Source: Sphagnum compactum (Eukaryota). Taken from it: DNA of 64,000 nt. The position numbers were made by a program, and so were the translations under genes. The notes beneath the pieces were generated by a model. The model had not been told where the DNA came from. It made no database searches and worked only from the letters and a program-made list of their open reading frames with translations. The stretch spans positions 19,272,213-19,336,212 of the forward strand of contig OZ234493.1 in the NCBI GenBank assembly GCA_965153455.1, written 5' to 3'. Positions 1 through 18,103 of the stretch are shown one piece after another; the stretch's first letter is position 1; every line of letters begins with the position of its first letter.

Positions 1-541
1 TGTGATGGAGTCTCCATGGTCTGTTTCAGCAGTAGCTAATGGTAAGTCATAATCACCATCAAGACCATTGTCATCTACAAAACAAGGTTAATCAAAAGCC
101 AAGTTTCCTTGCAAGCAGCTCACTGGACAGAATGTCATCTATCTGGACCATTCTACAACAGACCATACACACTTTTAACAGCTATGAGGTCTTATTCTCC
201 CTTTGAACCATTTAATTCTCATGCGAAATTGGTCATTCAGCTCAGTTGCAAATTCTGTAATGTGAGGGAGCACCCATGCTGAATGACTGATTTAGAATAA
301 GAAACCCTTTACAGAAGAGGCAACAGTCAGTGTATACGTGGAGGTATTTTATGACCTGAAGTAGAGAGTGAAAATAATCCAAAGATTGAGGATCAAGAAT
401 ATTTTCAGAGAATTCTCCAATCTGTTTTGGGCATTGCTACTAAACAAAATCTGTGGCCGCTCTCTTCCAATTTGTCATCAGAGATCTCATGACCCTCTTT
501 TAAGCTGTGATTTCCTCATCTTCAAGAATGGTAAGACATGA

Positions 542-1160
542 AATAGAGCAGATCATAGTGTACAAAGTATCTTTCTAGATCTTTCTTTGTTATTTGTTAC
601 TTTCTTCTCTGTAGAGCTTCCCTTTTGTTCTTCCCATAATGGACATTGAGTTCTTGCCAAGAGTTTGTGGTTATCAGTCCAGCTTCTTGCCTACTGATAT
701 CATTGTGATCTCGTCCTTGTGTGAGATGCAAGCCTCACCTCCTTTAATTTTCTTGCTTACCTATCTGCTTGTGATCGTTTAACTCCTTGAAGCAACTCCA
801 AAAATACATTGGGTTAAGTCTTTAGTCTCTACCTCATCTTCTGTTCTCCCTGCAATCTCACTTGCAATACTATTGAAATTCACTTGTGGCCATATTTCTC
901 ACAGGCACAAACAAATGCAATGGAACCTCCATGCCCAACTTTTGAAACCCCTCTGGAAGCTGGAAGCAGCTACTTCTTCTCATCAAGTTCCTTTTATGTG
1001 AGTGTCGTTCTCCAGCTCCTCCCACATTTTCTAACATTTTCCTCAATCTTCCATGGGCCTTGGCTCAGATGGAGCCTTCTTGTGTATGGAACACGAGACC
1101 TCTCCATCGAAAGTGTTGAACAATTGGAATTCATGTAGCTATGGCATGCAAGGAACCATG
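542..1160 (-). pseudogene. ISWI chromatin remodeler (CHR11/CHR17-like) C-terminal HAND-SANT-SLIDE fragment, frameshifted
   Basis: Manual minus-strand translation across frameshifts gives, in order: MP*LHEFQLFN, AFVCACEKYGH, FNSIASEIAGRTEDEVE, FKELNDH, GGEACISHKDEI, VGKKLD*, WQELNVHYGKNK/GKLYREE, MICSI. These follow the plant ISWI motifs (MPQLHDFQFFN, RACEKYGR, SIASEMEGKTEEEVE, KELND, GEARISRKDEI, GKKLD, WLELKIQYGQNKGKLYNEE, MICM). Confidence 0.85.
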
Positions 1161-1706
1161 CAACAAGGTCCTTGCATGCCACGAGGAACCTATCACTCCT
1201 TCAGTTTGATCCAAGTGGTAAGTCTCCATTGCTTACTTTGAAGTAGTTAGACTTTCTCATGTTTGCAGTTGGGTAGCTTAATGTAGTTTTCTAATATATA
1301 CAATTATATCACATTCATTCACCTTTATACAAAGTCAATCCTCCACCACTTCAAGAACTTTTGAAGGAACTTTGTGGTTTGTTAATGTCTTATGTTCAAT
1401 AATGCCTTATGTCTTTATGTCTTCATTTCTCATGTTCTTTCCCCCTTCTCTTATTGGATCATCCTAGCCCTCACTTGACGTTATTTTATTACCTCTTACA
1501 CAAATGCACAACCTTCTCAAAATCCCCACATCTTCATATGAGACACTATGCATGGTAACAAAAACTCAATTGGGCCATCATCCCTTGCTAGTCATTACTC
1601 TCCTAGATTTGTAACTGTCCCCACTCCCTCTCATCAATAGCCCATATAACATTCCTCCCCTACCGTAATAGGGTTAACGTGTAACAAGAATAAATCTAAT
1701 GCCATC

Positions 1707-1907
1707 TTAACCTTGTCAATCAAGAGCCATTGACAAGGTTAACATGAGCAACAAGAAATCTAGCTGTAGTTTCTCAAAAGGCTTCTTCAAGAATAAAAAG
1801 TCAATGTTAACCTTGTCTTGTTGCTCATCTTAACCTTATCAATGGCCATGATCAATAGTCATTCTCAATGGCCAACTTGATCAATGGCCATTGAGAATGA
1901 CTATTGA
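1707..1907. repeat. Cluster of inverted repeats (foldback DNA)
   Basis: 14-bp perfect IR at 1707-1720/1729-1742; near-perfect 28-bp IR at 1729-1756/1816-1843; 23-bp perfect IR at 1852-1874/1885-1907. Confidence 0.85.
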
Positions 1908-2976
1908 GGAAAAAAATCATGCTTTATCTTTGAACCAAAATTGTACTTATTTGACTTCTTGATAGAGATGTAGCAAGATATGAAAGCATGCTCTTGCACT
2001 CACATTTGTTACCTCTAGCAAAAACCATCCTTCCTTCTTCATCAATGTTGTTGAATCATCAAGAGATGTGGAAATTAATATGACAATGAATGTGATTTCC
2101 TTCCTCCCTTTCCTTCCTATATAACTTTTCCTTGCTTTTCATGTGTTGTGTGAATGTTAGGATCCATGGGGAGATATTGTGTGAGTTTTCTTTTGGAATT
2201 TGAAGTCTTATTCGCATTATAAGATGAACTTCTAGCATAGCAAAATTATGCATAACAAATGTTTCATTTCTTCTTCTCTTGCATGACAAACATTTTTTTT
2301 GTTTTTCCTTAATTTGTGTTTGTTCCACTTTGATCTCTAGGATTGATATTCTTTTTCAAATTGGTGCACATGAATGTCTATTGTTCAATTCTCGAAACAC
2401 TCTATTATGATATGTGTAGTTCATGATTATTTCTTCCTAGGGAACTTCCCTTTTGCATTGAATATGGTGGGATTGTGGTGTCTAAAGGTTATTCTATTTA
2501 ATAATTCTCTCCTAGTTTTGTCATTTGCTTCACCCCAACTCCCAAATTTCTCAGAACATGGGGTTCTTTACTTCGTTGCAATATTATAAAATTCTTGTTG
2601 GCAAGCCAACAAAGAACAATAATGAGATTCAAACGGCAGTGTTATGCTAGTAAGGCCTACACACATTGTTGTCTACAACCGTGAAACACACATACAATGA
2701 CCCTTCAACTTGGGGCTAAGGGTGGTCCTCTTCAACCAAATACTACAATGCATGTGAGTTTAAAGATCCAATACGAGGTTACCAAGAGTGGACACCTTGG
2801 TTCCAAGGTGGTGAATTTATTTGGCCACATGCAAATGAGAGCAATGACATTAATTGCCTACTTAAGTCCCCCTATTCTTTGGCCAAGTATAAGCACACTG
2901 AAGGTTCCATGACAAAATTCCTTGTTGAATAAGTCGAACTATAAGTATCAAATGAATCTATGTAATGCACCAAAGG

Positions 2977-3071
2977 CTCAACTAGTCTACCTCAAGTACC
3001 GTCTTTCAAAATAGTGAAATTTTACTCAACTAGTCTACCTCAAGTACCTTCTTTCAAAATAGTGAAATTTT
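2977..3071. repeat. Tandem duplication, 48-bp unit x2
   Basis: ctcaactagtctacctcaagtacc(g/t)tctttcaaaatagtgaaatttt starts at 2977 and again at 3025. Confidence 0.9.
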
Positions 3072-3074
3072 GCT

Positions 3075-3292
3075 ACAAAAACATCACTACCGTTTTGTTT
3101 TCACAAACTAAATTACAACATACAAAAAGCAATTAATAGAAATCATCATCTTTCTGTATTATGTACAAATAGGTAACCAGAAATATAAAAGTATGTTTAA
3201 ATTCCTACTGCCTTTGGTATCTCATTAGTAGACATATTTGGGATAAATCTTCTTATGTACAATTCCTGCTTCGACTACATCACAAAATTCAA
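3075..3292. mobile_element. Copy of a dispersed short repeat family (MITE-like)
   Basis: aggtaaccagaaatataaaagtat and catcacaaaatt are reverse-complement matches to motifs in the copy at 47539-47782. Boundaries are approximate. Confidence 0.5.
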
Positions 3293-4306
3293 CAAATCTG
3301 TAGATTCTTTAATGTGAATCAAGGGTGTAAACTCTAATTACACTCTGGAACATGCCCTGGCTTTGAAAGAACCCAACTGCTACCAAGCCCCATTCTATAG
3401 TAAAATTATGGCCAACCTGGTTGTCAGTTGAAGCCCCTTGAGGTGTATGCTAGATTTAAGCTATGCCAGTTAAATTCAGCCAAACAGATACATCATTCGA
3501 TTGACAGATCAGTTTTCAAGTGTAGACCTGTGGGAAGAGTTGCTAGAAAGTTGGCCCCCTCTTTCTTCAGGTTTTATTGTGTAGGGAAATGCCCTGAGAA
3601 CAAAGTGGGCATTACTCAGCCTTAAGAAGAAGGGAGCACCCTACATGCAGAGGTCCCTTTGTACACATGTATAGAGGTGTGCCTCACAATGTGTAAGGTG
3701 CCTCCATGAAACTGGCATACTTTCAAATGTACTTCTGGGTGATCACCATATGATGCCAGGATTTAGGGCTTGAGAACCAGCAAAGGATTGGAATAGACAA
3801 AAAATTGTCTACCATCTTGTAACTTTTCAATTTTCCATTAACATCTTCAAGAGAACAGTGCAAAGTTTGCACAAGTTGAATAAGTAGACACTGCCATGTT
3901 ACAAGTAGGTTGTGTGTGCCAGACACTTGCAATACTGTCTCTAAACACCCAGAATTTACCATAATCTTTGCAATCTCCTGTCTCCAGTAATTAGTAGTTT
4001 AGGAAACCCCACAAAATATGGCATTTCCTTCATATTCCCTTCATGTTTCCATAAGACATTGTTACCTGTTGACCATAGCGTGGCTAGGCACATTGTACTC
4101 TGAACTACAAGTTTCAAGTAGTCTCCTGTCATGATTCACAAGGGCACCACTCATCCACTCCAGGTTGTCAGCATTTCTTCTTGGCATATTATGACTGACT
4201 CTCTTGATATTGCAGCCAATATGATTGGGGTGGCGGGCCTCTTGTACCTTTTGTCTGAAAGGAAGCCAAGGCCAGAAGATGATGTTATCATAAGCTTTTC
4301 TTCTCT

Positions 4307-10015
<5,709 letters not shown>

Positions 10016-10117
10016 CGTTGTGCAAATCCTTTTTCTCTTCCGGCTCGGTTGTGAAATTCTCCTCCTGCAATTCTGTTTCTGAAAACTCTCCAACAACTTG
10101 GCATATGGGTGGCACTT

Positions 10118-10320
10118 AAACCCTAAACCTAAAACCAGTGTGACCGACCAAATACGGAGCCTTGTTTTTTTCAGCTCCAAAATACGAAGAATACAGGCGT
10201 ACTCAAAATGGGCAGCGTTCAAAAAAATGCTCCGTGTGGAGTACGAATGTAAAGTTTCATATCGATTGAAAATTAACTTGGGCTCCACGCTTGCTGCTCA
10301 CTAGTGTAGACCGGCCCATC
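10118..10320. promoter_or_regulatory. XPB proximal promoter with telo-box and site II-like element
   Basis: AAACCCTAA at about 10118 and GGCCCA at about 10312, just upstream of the XPB start. This pairing is known from plant housekeeping promoters. Confidence 0.45.
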
Positions 10321-10402
10321 ACCGATCGCCTGCCTATGACCAAACACTTCTTTATGTCTTCTTCATCATATGTGCTTCATTTTGGAGTGATTTTAAATGT
10401 TA

Positions 10403-11490
10403 CTAGTTTGAACCCCGCGCCTAATGCACAGGTGTGTTATTTCAACAATGTTTCGTTCATGTTTTAGTTTTTTTTTTTAACTTTTATCTTTTTTATTTTT
10501 TATTTTTATGTGTTTTCTGTTTTTATTATTATTTTGTATAATGGGCACACAAAGCGCAAAGGAAAAGGATTAGTGAAAAAAATAACAAGAAGAAAAATTA
10601 AGCTTTTCACCTTACAAAATGCTTTTTCTTTTTCTTTTTTCTTCTTTTTCGATCTCTCCTACTTATAACTTCATAACTTTTTTATTCATTTTAAACAATT
10701 TAAAGTGCAATAGGAGCGTCACCTGAACGCTTTTACAAATCAATCTTTGAACTTTAATAGCAATAAAGCAACGTACAAGGAATTTTTTGGGTGTTTGAGA
10801 ACTGACCTTTGTAATGTTCACTGGTTTGTTTTTTTTTTGAGTTTTTGACCCACTCTACTTTGGGGGTGCAGAACTTTCTCAATTTTTAATCCGTTTTCAA
10901 AAATTGTTAGTGTGTCAAATGCATCGAGAGGAGGGGTTCAAGTTTTGTTTGGACACCAAAGACGATGGAGCCCTACCCTTGGATTTGGCTTACTTTGAAT
11001 GTTTAAATGGAACAATGAATTAATGAAAAAGATGAGTTGATTTTGCAAAGATGAAGGTTTCATTTCAATAATTTAAATATTAATTGAATTTGCAGAATGT
11101 AACTTGAATTGAATGCAAATTAATTAAATTTGAATTGAATTCAAAGATATTGTGAAATTATTGTTCAATTCAAAATTTTAAATTGAAATGAATTGAATTG
11201 AACATAATGATATTTCCCTTTGGATTCAACATGGGTACTATTTTTATTGACATTTGAATTGAATTGAATTAAATTGGATTCAATTGAATATATTTTGGAT
11301 GAATTTAATTTAGTTTTAATAAAAATTAAATTAAATCCAAATTAGTTTCAGTTAATTTTTTTTCATAATTTTGTTGAGTTGAATTCAACCAAATTATGAA
11401 ATTTTAATTATGAGAAAACACATGTTAATTTGTTTTTTATATTCATGGGAGTGGGTTGACAACGGAGTGACATAATTAAGTAGTTATAGA
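10403..11490 (-). mobile_element. Non-autonomous Helitron
   Basis: The minus strand ends in a GC-rich hairpin (cctgtgc-attag-gcgcggg) followed by gttcaaaCTAG and then T. Candidate 5' end TCTATAACTACTTAA at 11490, although it is preceded by T rather than the canonical A. Confidence 0.6.
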
Positions 11491-14400
11491 ATGTTTTCAT
11501 AATTGTCAAGTGGATGGGGTTCAAAATTGTCATGGTGCCAATCATTAATGAACCTTATACATGTTTCATAGGTTTAACAAAAGCTGCAAGGTTTAGCAAA
11601 AAGCCCTTCAATATCTCTATAAGCAATTAATTGTTAAGTATTTATTTGTTCCCTTATATTAGGAAAAAAATTGTTCACAAAATTTTTTCATCATCTTTCT
11701 ATTTGTCTCTTGACCCTTCCTTCTCCAAGATACAAATCCAACACAATAAATATGGCTATGTATAAATAAATGCATAATCTTGCAAAATGTGATATATTTT
11801 TTTCTTTGTTTTTTGGTTGATAAATCCATTCCATTGAACTGTTCTTTGAGATGACTCATATATAATTTGAACCCCATTTAACAATCCTCCCAAAGTTGAT
11901 AACCTTTTTAAATTGATAAAAATCATGTACATTGATGTTGTTCTTATTATCTTAAATGATTTTTTTTTATATCTAATTTTTTTTCAATAAATATTTGTTT
12001 AGGGAAGTCTACTTATGTATTTTATTTTTGGTTTCCAATTTGTAGTGAAAATTATTGAAAGATGATTAAATATTTGAACTTTATATTTGGTTCAAATTTG
12101 GTTAAATTTTCCAACTGCCAATTGCCATTTTTTCTACATAGAAGCTATGGATGATAACCATTTTGGCTTCATAAAAAGTTTTTAAAAAACCATTGAACAT
12201 TGTGATTCTGTTTAATGTTGTGTTCGGCATGGTTTGTTGGTACAATACTAATGTTTTGTAGATTTGTGATGCACTTTGCAACTACACTACCAAAAAATAA
12301 TAATAATATTTTTTACAAAAAAAATTATTATTATTATACATTTATATCCTTTCAACCTTATTTCCTAGCCATTAAGCATAAAAAAGTTTATTTAATATAT
12401 TATCATTTATCAAAGGGATTTTGGTTTCATGATATCCTTTAATACTTGAGATTACTTTTGTCCATTAATCATTTCATTTGATGGGGGTCAAACTATACTC
12501 ATAAAAAATTTAGATTGTTATAGATATCCTTAAATTCACAAGTCGCATAAATGAAAATTTTGGTTTGGTGTTCTTAACCACCAATTTAACACCTTTCCGA
12601 AAATTGATTATTCTAGTATCTTAATGGATTAGGCAATAAATTTTTTTTAGTTTTCAGTTTTAAAAAAAAATTATTTTGAATGTCAAATTTTCAAATTTTA
12701 GTAATTGTGGCAAGTCCAAGTTGCACCATCAAATTGGGCATGTCATACAATGCAAATTCAAGAAATGAAACACTACCCATTTGGTGAGGTATTTTGATCT
12801 TGAACATCATTGTTTTCTAATTCCTTCAAGGAAATGGTTGATTGTCATCTTTATTATCTCCATTTAACCACTAGTTTGAATTTTTTTTGTGAAAACTCCA
12901 TTTAAGGATAACTTTGTTTCTTTTCTATTGTTGCAAAACAGATAACCAAATTGTGAAAAAGAGGTTATATTATTGAGAAGGTGGAGATCATAGACAAATT
13001 TGTTATTTGATAAAATCATGGGTTCCATTTCAATGCATATTGGACCTTTTTAGCAAACAAGAATTCATGTAAAGGCACATGTGGACAAAAACTAAAAAAT
13101 GTAGCAAATGAATGATGTGCATCAAAATGGATGAAAAATGAGATTACTTCATTCATGTTGAAAACATAAATAAATTTATAACGTGGGCTGAAATCATTGA
13201 AAAAGATATGTAATGTGTCAAATTGCATTTTAAACAATTAATTAATTATTCAGCACAAAAGAGCCAAATTTGTTCAAGTACTAAGGTATTCAAAAGACAA
13301 CATTATACACCCTCTTTTTCCTCAAGTCCTTTCTACCCACTCTTTCCATTCAGAAGTAATTATCATTTGTTGCACAACAAATTTCAATATCAAGAGCCTT
13401 TCCAACATAACAAAATCACTCTAAATAAATTAGATTGCAACTTAATTTACAACTATTTTTTAGTTGCAAATGATGCATGCAACTAAAATCTTTGTAATTA
13501 CATAAGTCAAGTTACATGCACACAACAATTGCAAAGAATGTTAAACTAAACAATTGATTTAGTGCAATGTAAATGAACTATGCCTAAATGTCACCTAGTG
13601 ACATAACCACTTCGTATGCCAACATGGCCTAGTAAATAGTGTTCCAAGCAATTATTTTGGTGTGCCTCTTGGTTGCACCATGTGTAGCCCCATTGTCAAG
13701 TTTGTTTAGACACATGTAAGTTCATTAACAATTGAAGATAATGAAAGAATAAAAACCTTGTGAATCTCAACTAACAAATTTGGTGATATAGATGCATCCA
13801 TATGGTGTGTAATGATCAAAGAGAATATTTGTGGATCATGTGGCTTATGATCTACCACATGTAAATATATAATAATTGCATTAATAATTTTAATAAAATT
13901 TCCATATATAGTTTTAAGACATTTAAATTACATTTACATGTATAATTATGGTTTAAGGTTGAAGCTCTAAATTTATGTTTTATTATATAATTAGGGTTTT
14001 GACATTAGGATATTAGGATTGGGTTTTGGTATTAGGTTGGTATTAAGATTGGTAATAGGGTTGTGATAAGGGTTTTACCTTGTTTCATGCACACAAATCC
14101 AAAAAAATCAGGTAGCAATTTTGGTTCAAGAATTGTCAACAAAATGCACAATTGCATCTACTACTTTGCTTGCCTTCATTATATCTTTAAATACACTAAC
14201 ACATCTCATATTATAATCTACCATGCATAAGGACACCATAGTTTATGACACATCAAACACAAGCATATTCCTTAATTTCCCTTTGAGGGGTCAAAATTAC
14301 ACATACTAGATGGTCCTTTGCAATCCTTAGACATGTTGTTGGCTAACATTTCAATTATATCATTGTAAAAAAAATTGAAGATACAAATTACTCATCAACA

Positions 14401-15360
14401 TATACATGGTGGTTCAAATTTAGATCTCACCATCCTTTAAGACAACACCTTGCTATCATCACCTATCATGGGATTTCATAAACATTGAACTTTTCTTTCA
14501 CATAAATCGGCCTTTCCAAACAAAAATATTATGCCAATTACATCTTTCATCTTGAGTTGTGATGGGTCATGATTTTAATTGGGCACTTGCAAGTGAATAT
14601 TACCTTGGCCTTCCATGATTTCACATAATCAGAGTAGCTATGTATTAGAATGGACAAAAAAAGGCAAATGAAAACTTCACAATTTCACAAGATGTTTCAA
14701 TAACAATCAATACAACAAATCATTAATGCCACTAATGGAAAGGAAAAATGAACTATGCCAACATTTCCATTTTGTAGTTTATTCAAGGAGAAATAACAAG
14801 ATCACATAAAAACCCATAGGTTTGTGAGAACCCTAAATTCTCAATTCAAAACATGGGGCACATTAGCTTAGCAAACGTGGCATGTGACATTAAACACTTT
14901 TATGAAATCATTTCCTCCTTAAATTGATGGTCACCAAACCTTCCAATTGCTTAGAGAATCAACCTTCATTAAATGAAATCAATTAAGTTTCCATAAAGCA
15001 CCTATAAAAGGATTTCATAGATTTTGATCATTTGTAATCTATAACACCAAAAAAAGGTTACTAGGGGTAGAAGTTGTAAATAATAATAAAATGGTTTATG
15101 GGTAGAATGATGGGTATGTATAAGAAATAAATAATGCAACCTATGGGCCTTATCTTGAAAATCCTTGACTTAGGACATAGGCTTAAATTCATGAATAATT
15201 GAATCAACTATTTTTGGTTAAACATGATTAAAAATGAATTAACTTCATGTAATTAAATCTTTAAAAACATATTTCAAATAATTTAATGACTCACACACAC
15301 ACACACACACACACAATTTTAAATAGAATTTTGTTGATGTGGCAACTTGTGTTAATTCAA

Positions 15361-16907
15361 TAAGTACCCTAGGTTGATATGGGGGGGTATTAACTAACAT
15401 TGCAAATGGGGAGGGACAATTATATGAGTGGATTGTAACCTAGAAAGGGTTTGGACCTACCATGAAGGTTAATCTTGAATTAAGTTCTTATTGCTTAGAC
15501 CTACCAATTGATGGGTGGCTACTAATGGGGCCTCCCTTTTTTTCTTTGTGGGGGTAGGGGGAGGGTAAGATTTTTTTTTGGGGAGGGAAAGGAAAAAAAT
15601 ATTGCACAACATGCAAATTGATTATCCATTGTCCACATGGAGAATGGATAATCATTCTCTAGATGCATAGATAAGGGGAGGGATGAAAAGACTAAAAGGT
15701 GGAGGTTGTAACTTTGTTTCAGGTTGTTTGTTTTGTACAAGATGGGACATTTAAAAGATGTTGCAAAAGAAGCAGGGCTTCCCGAATGAAAGATTTAAAA
15801 AAATTGTTGGAAGTTTGTGACTATTGTTGTGGGATGGTTTGATGTAAATCCTAGTTTATTGTCTAAGATGGAAATGTTCATAAAAAAAGAATGTGTAGTT
15901 GGGCTTTGTGCATTAGAAAGGGGTGGCACTCTTTCACATCTTCATATGCAAGTGGTTGTTAAGCTTCATATTTCAAGTTTAAAATGTTGAACAAGGTTCT
16001 CAAAGAGGGGTTGGGGTGGGATGATCCAAAGAAAGCACCAAATGGGCATGTTGTGCATTGCAAGTAGTTATGAGACACGCCTTCATACATTTGTTGGTAT
16101 GGTTGGCTATTATATGAAAGATATTGATGAAGATCATTTTCAATTTGTGCATCATAATGTTAGTGGGGAAATGATGGAGGTTGGCATGTTAAAGTTTGTC
16201 AAATATGGAATCACAATAGTGAAAAATTGAATGTGTCTCACACATCAAAATGTTTTGGATTGCACAACAAATGTTTCATAAGCATGAGATAAAAAAATGA
16301 TGAATTAATATCTTGCAGGGGTTTTACGCCACATGATTCAAACTTGTCAATTTTATCCCGTAGTTGGTTGGGTGGTTCCGTTTCATAACACTGGAATGGA
16401 TCATTAACGATCGGAGTCTTTATGGAAATGCATGATTGCACCACATTTGATGGATCTTCATGACATAACTCAAATTTTTTTTTAACATTCCTCACTTGGG
16501 TCAAAAAATTGGGAAGCTAAAAGGGAGAGTTGTATAATTATCTCTGTAAAGAAAATGTCAAAATAAATTACAGTTGTTCACCATTAGAAGTGCCTAGTGA
16601 TTATGATGGACTGTAGCAAGATTTCCATTTAGATTTTGTGCCTTTGTATTCAAATAATGCCCATGTTTTTAAAGCATTGTTGCAATATGTGTAGTGTTAC
16701 TATGAATAAAACTTTTGTTTCATATCATTCACATTTTAAAAGAATTGTCCTTTTTTGTGACATTTTTTACAAGTTTTTTTCCCTTTTGGACCAATCAATG
16801 AATTTATTACATTTGAAGTTGACACTTCAACCCCCATGACCCCCATTAATGTAATACAAAGATCAATTAATACCCAAAAGGTGGGGTGTTCTTTGCAAGG
16901 GGTATTA
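15361..16907 (+). mobile_element. Replitron-like HUH endonuclease transposon relic, copy 1
   Basis: Decayed ORF at about 15814-16290: FVTIVVGWFDVNPSLL...GLCALERGGTLSHLHMQVVVK (HUH at 15937-15945), then after frameshifts LNKVLKEGLGWD and LHTFVGMVGYYMKD (YxxK at 16108-16119), EDHFQFVHHNVS. Contains internal stops and frameshifts; ends are approximate. Confidence 0.8.
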
Positions 16908-18103
16908 GCCCAAGCAAAAAATGGTGACGAACTTTATTGGGAAGAGAAATTTCATGCAATCAATGGGAAGGTCCAAACATGCATTCAAGGTGCCTTGTTC
17001 TTTTTTATTTTGAGTTTGGTTAATGGGGAAGGGGGCAGGGGGGGGGGGGGTGGTGGGGAGGGGAGGTTTCCTTTTTCAAGCTATATTTGGTGTGGAGAAT
17101 GGATTATCCATTGTTCACTATCCACTTCAACAATGGACTTTCCATGCAAGTTTTAGGGGAGAGGGAGGGGTGTGTCAAAGGGTTTCAACTTAGGCATGAC
17201 AAGGAAGATGAAGGTTCAATATGTACATTGTTATTTAAGAAGTGCCATTAACTCAAGTTGCAATTGGTTAGGGGAGGATCAATTTATCTTGTTTCCATGG
17301 GAAAAATATCTTAGATGAAGGTTTTGGCTAACAAAGCTCCAAAGTTCAAGTCTACACAAGATTTTTTGAAATATTTTGAAGTGTGTCACTACTGGCATTG
17401 TAGGTTTTGATTTTGATCCTTCATGTTTGATGTTCATTGAAGTAGGGTGAAAGTTTGTTTCACTTGCATTTTCAAATGGTTTGTAAGCTCAAGACTGCTA
17501 GCCTAAATTGTCATTGCACAAGGCGTTGAAAGTTACATTACATGGGATTAAGAAATGTGCATGCTTCTTTTTGAAACTATTGAATTGCAAAATTTTGTTA
17601 ATATATTTTCTGATTCTACCTTTGTTTCATTTACATATCAATATTGGTTTTGAATGAAGTGGCTGAAACAATGCCCCAAATTTTTATTTTTATTTTTGTT
17701 AATGTAAGAAATACCATAGAAGACGCTATAAAGGATTTTCATCATGAGTAAGAAGCAGTTCTTGCTAATGCAAAGGATATGTGGGACGAGGTTTTGGAGA
17801 GTGAAGATGATGATGTTTGTGTTGAAATTCCAAATTTCATCTAGCTTTTGGATGGTCCTCTCCACAAAAATATTTTAGTTTTTAATCATGGCTTGCCATG
17901 TATATATGTTTTTGTAATAAGGTTTTTGCTTTCTTTTTATTTTAAGAAAGCCTGTGAAGTTTTCAATTTTACTAATGGTGAGCCAATCGGAATGGTCTAT
18001 TTGAAAAAAAAAGAATCTAAACTTGGGAGACAATTTATCTAATGAATAGAAGAGCTGAATAGGACATGTTATTTTGAATAAGTAGGGTGTTCTTAGGGTG
18101 TTA
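16868..18103 (+). mobile_element. Replitron-like HUH element relic, copy 2 (diverged, internally deleted)
   Basis: About 17340-17550 translates across frameshifts to KYFEV..TTGIVGFDFDPSCL...LFHLHFQMVCKLKTASL..LHKALKVTL (HLHFQ at 17461-17475), collinear with copy 1. It has the same upstream G-tract and hairpin. No YxxK motif was found. Confidence 0.65.

Noticed and set aside
12500-15000. Possible transposase or helicase relic
   Set aside because: It looks like decayed coding DNA, but no convincing motif could be recovered by eye.
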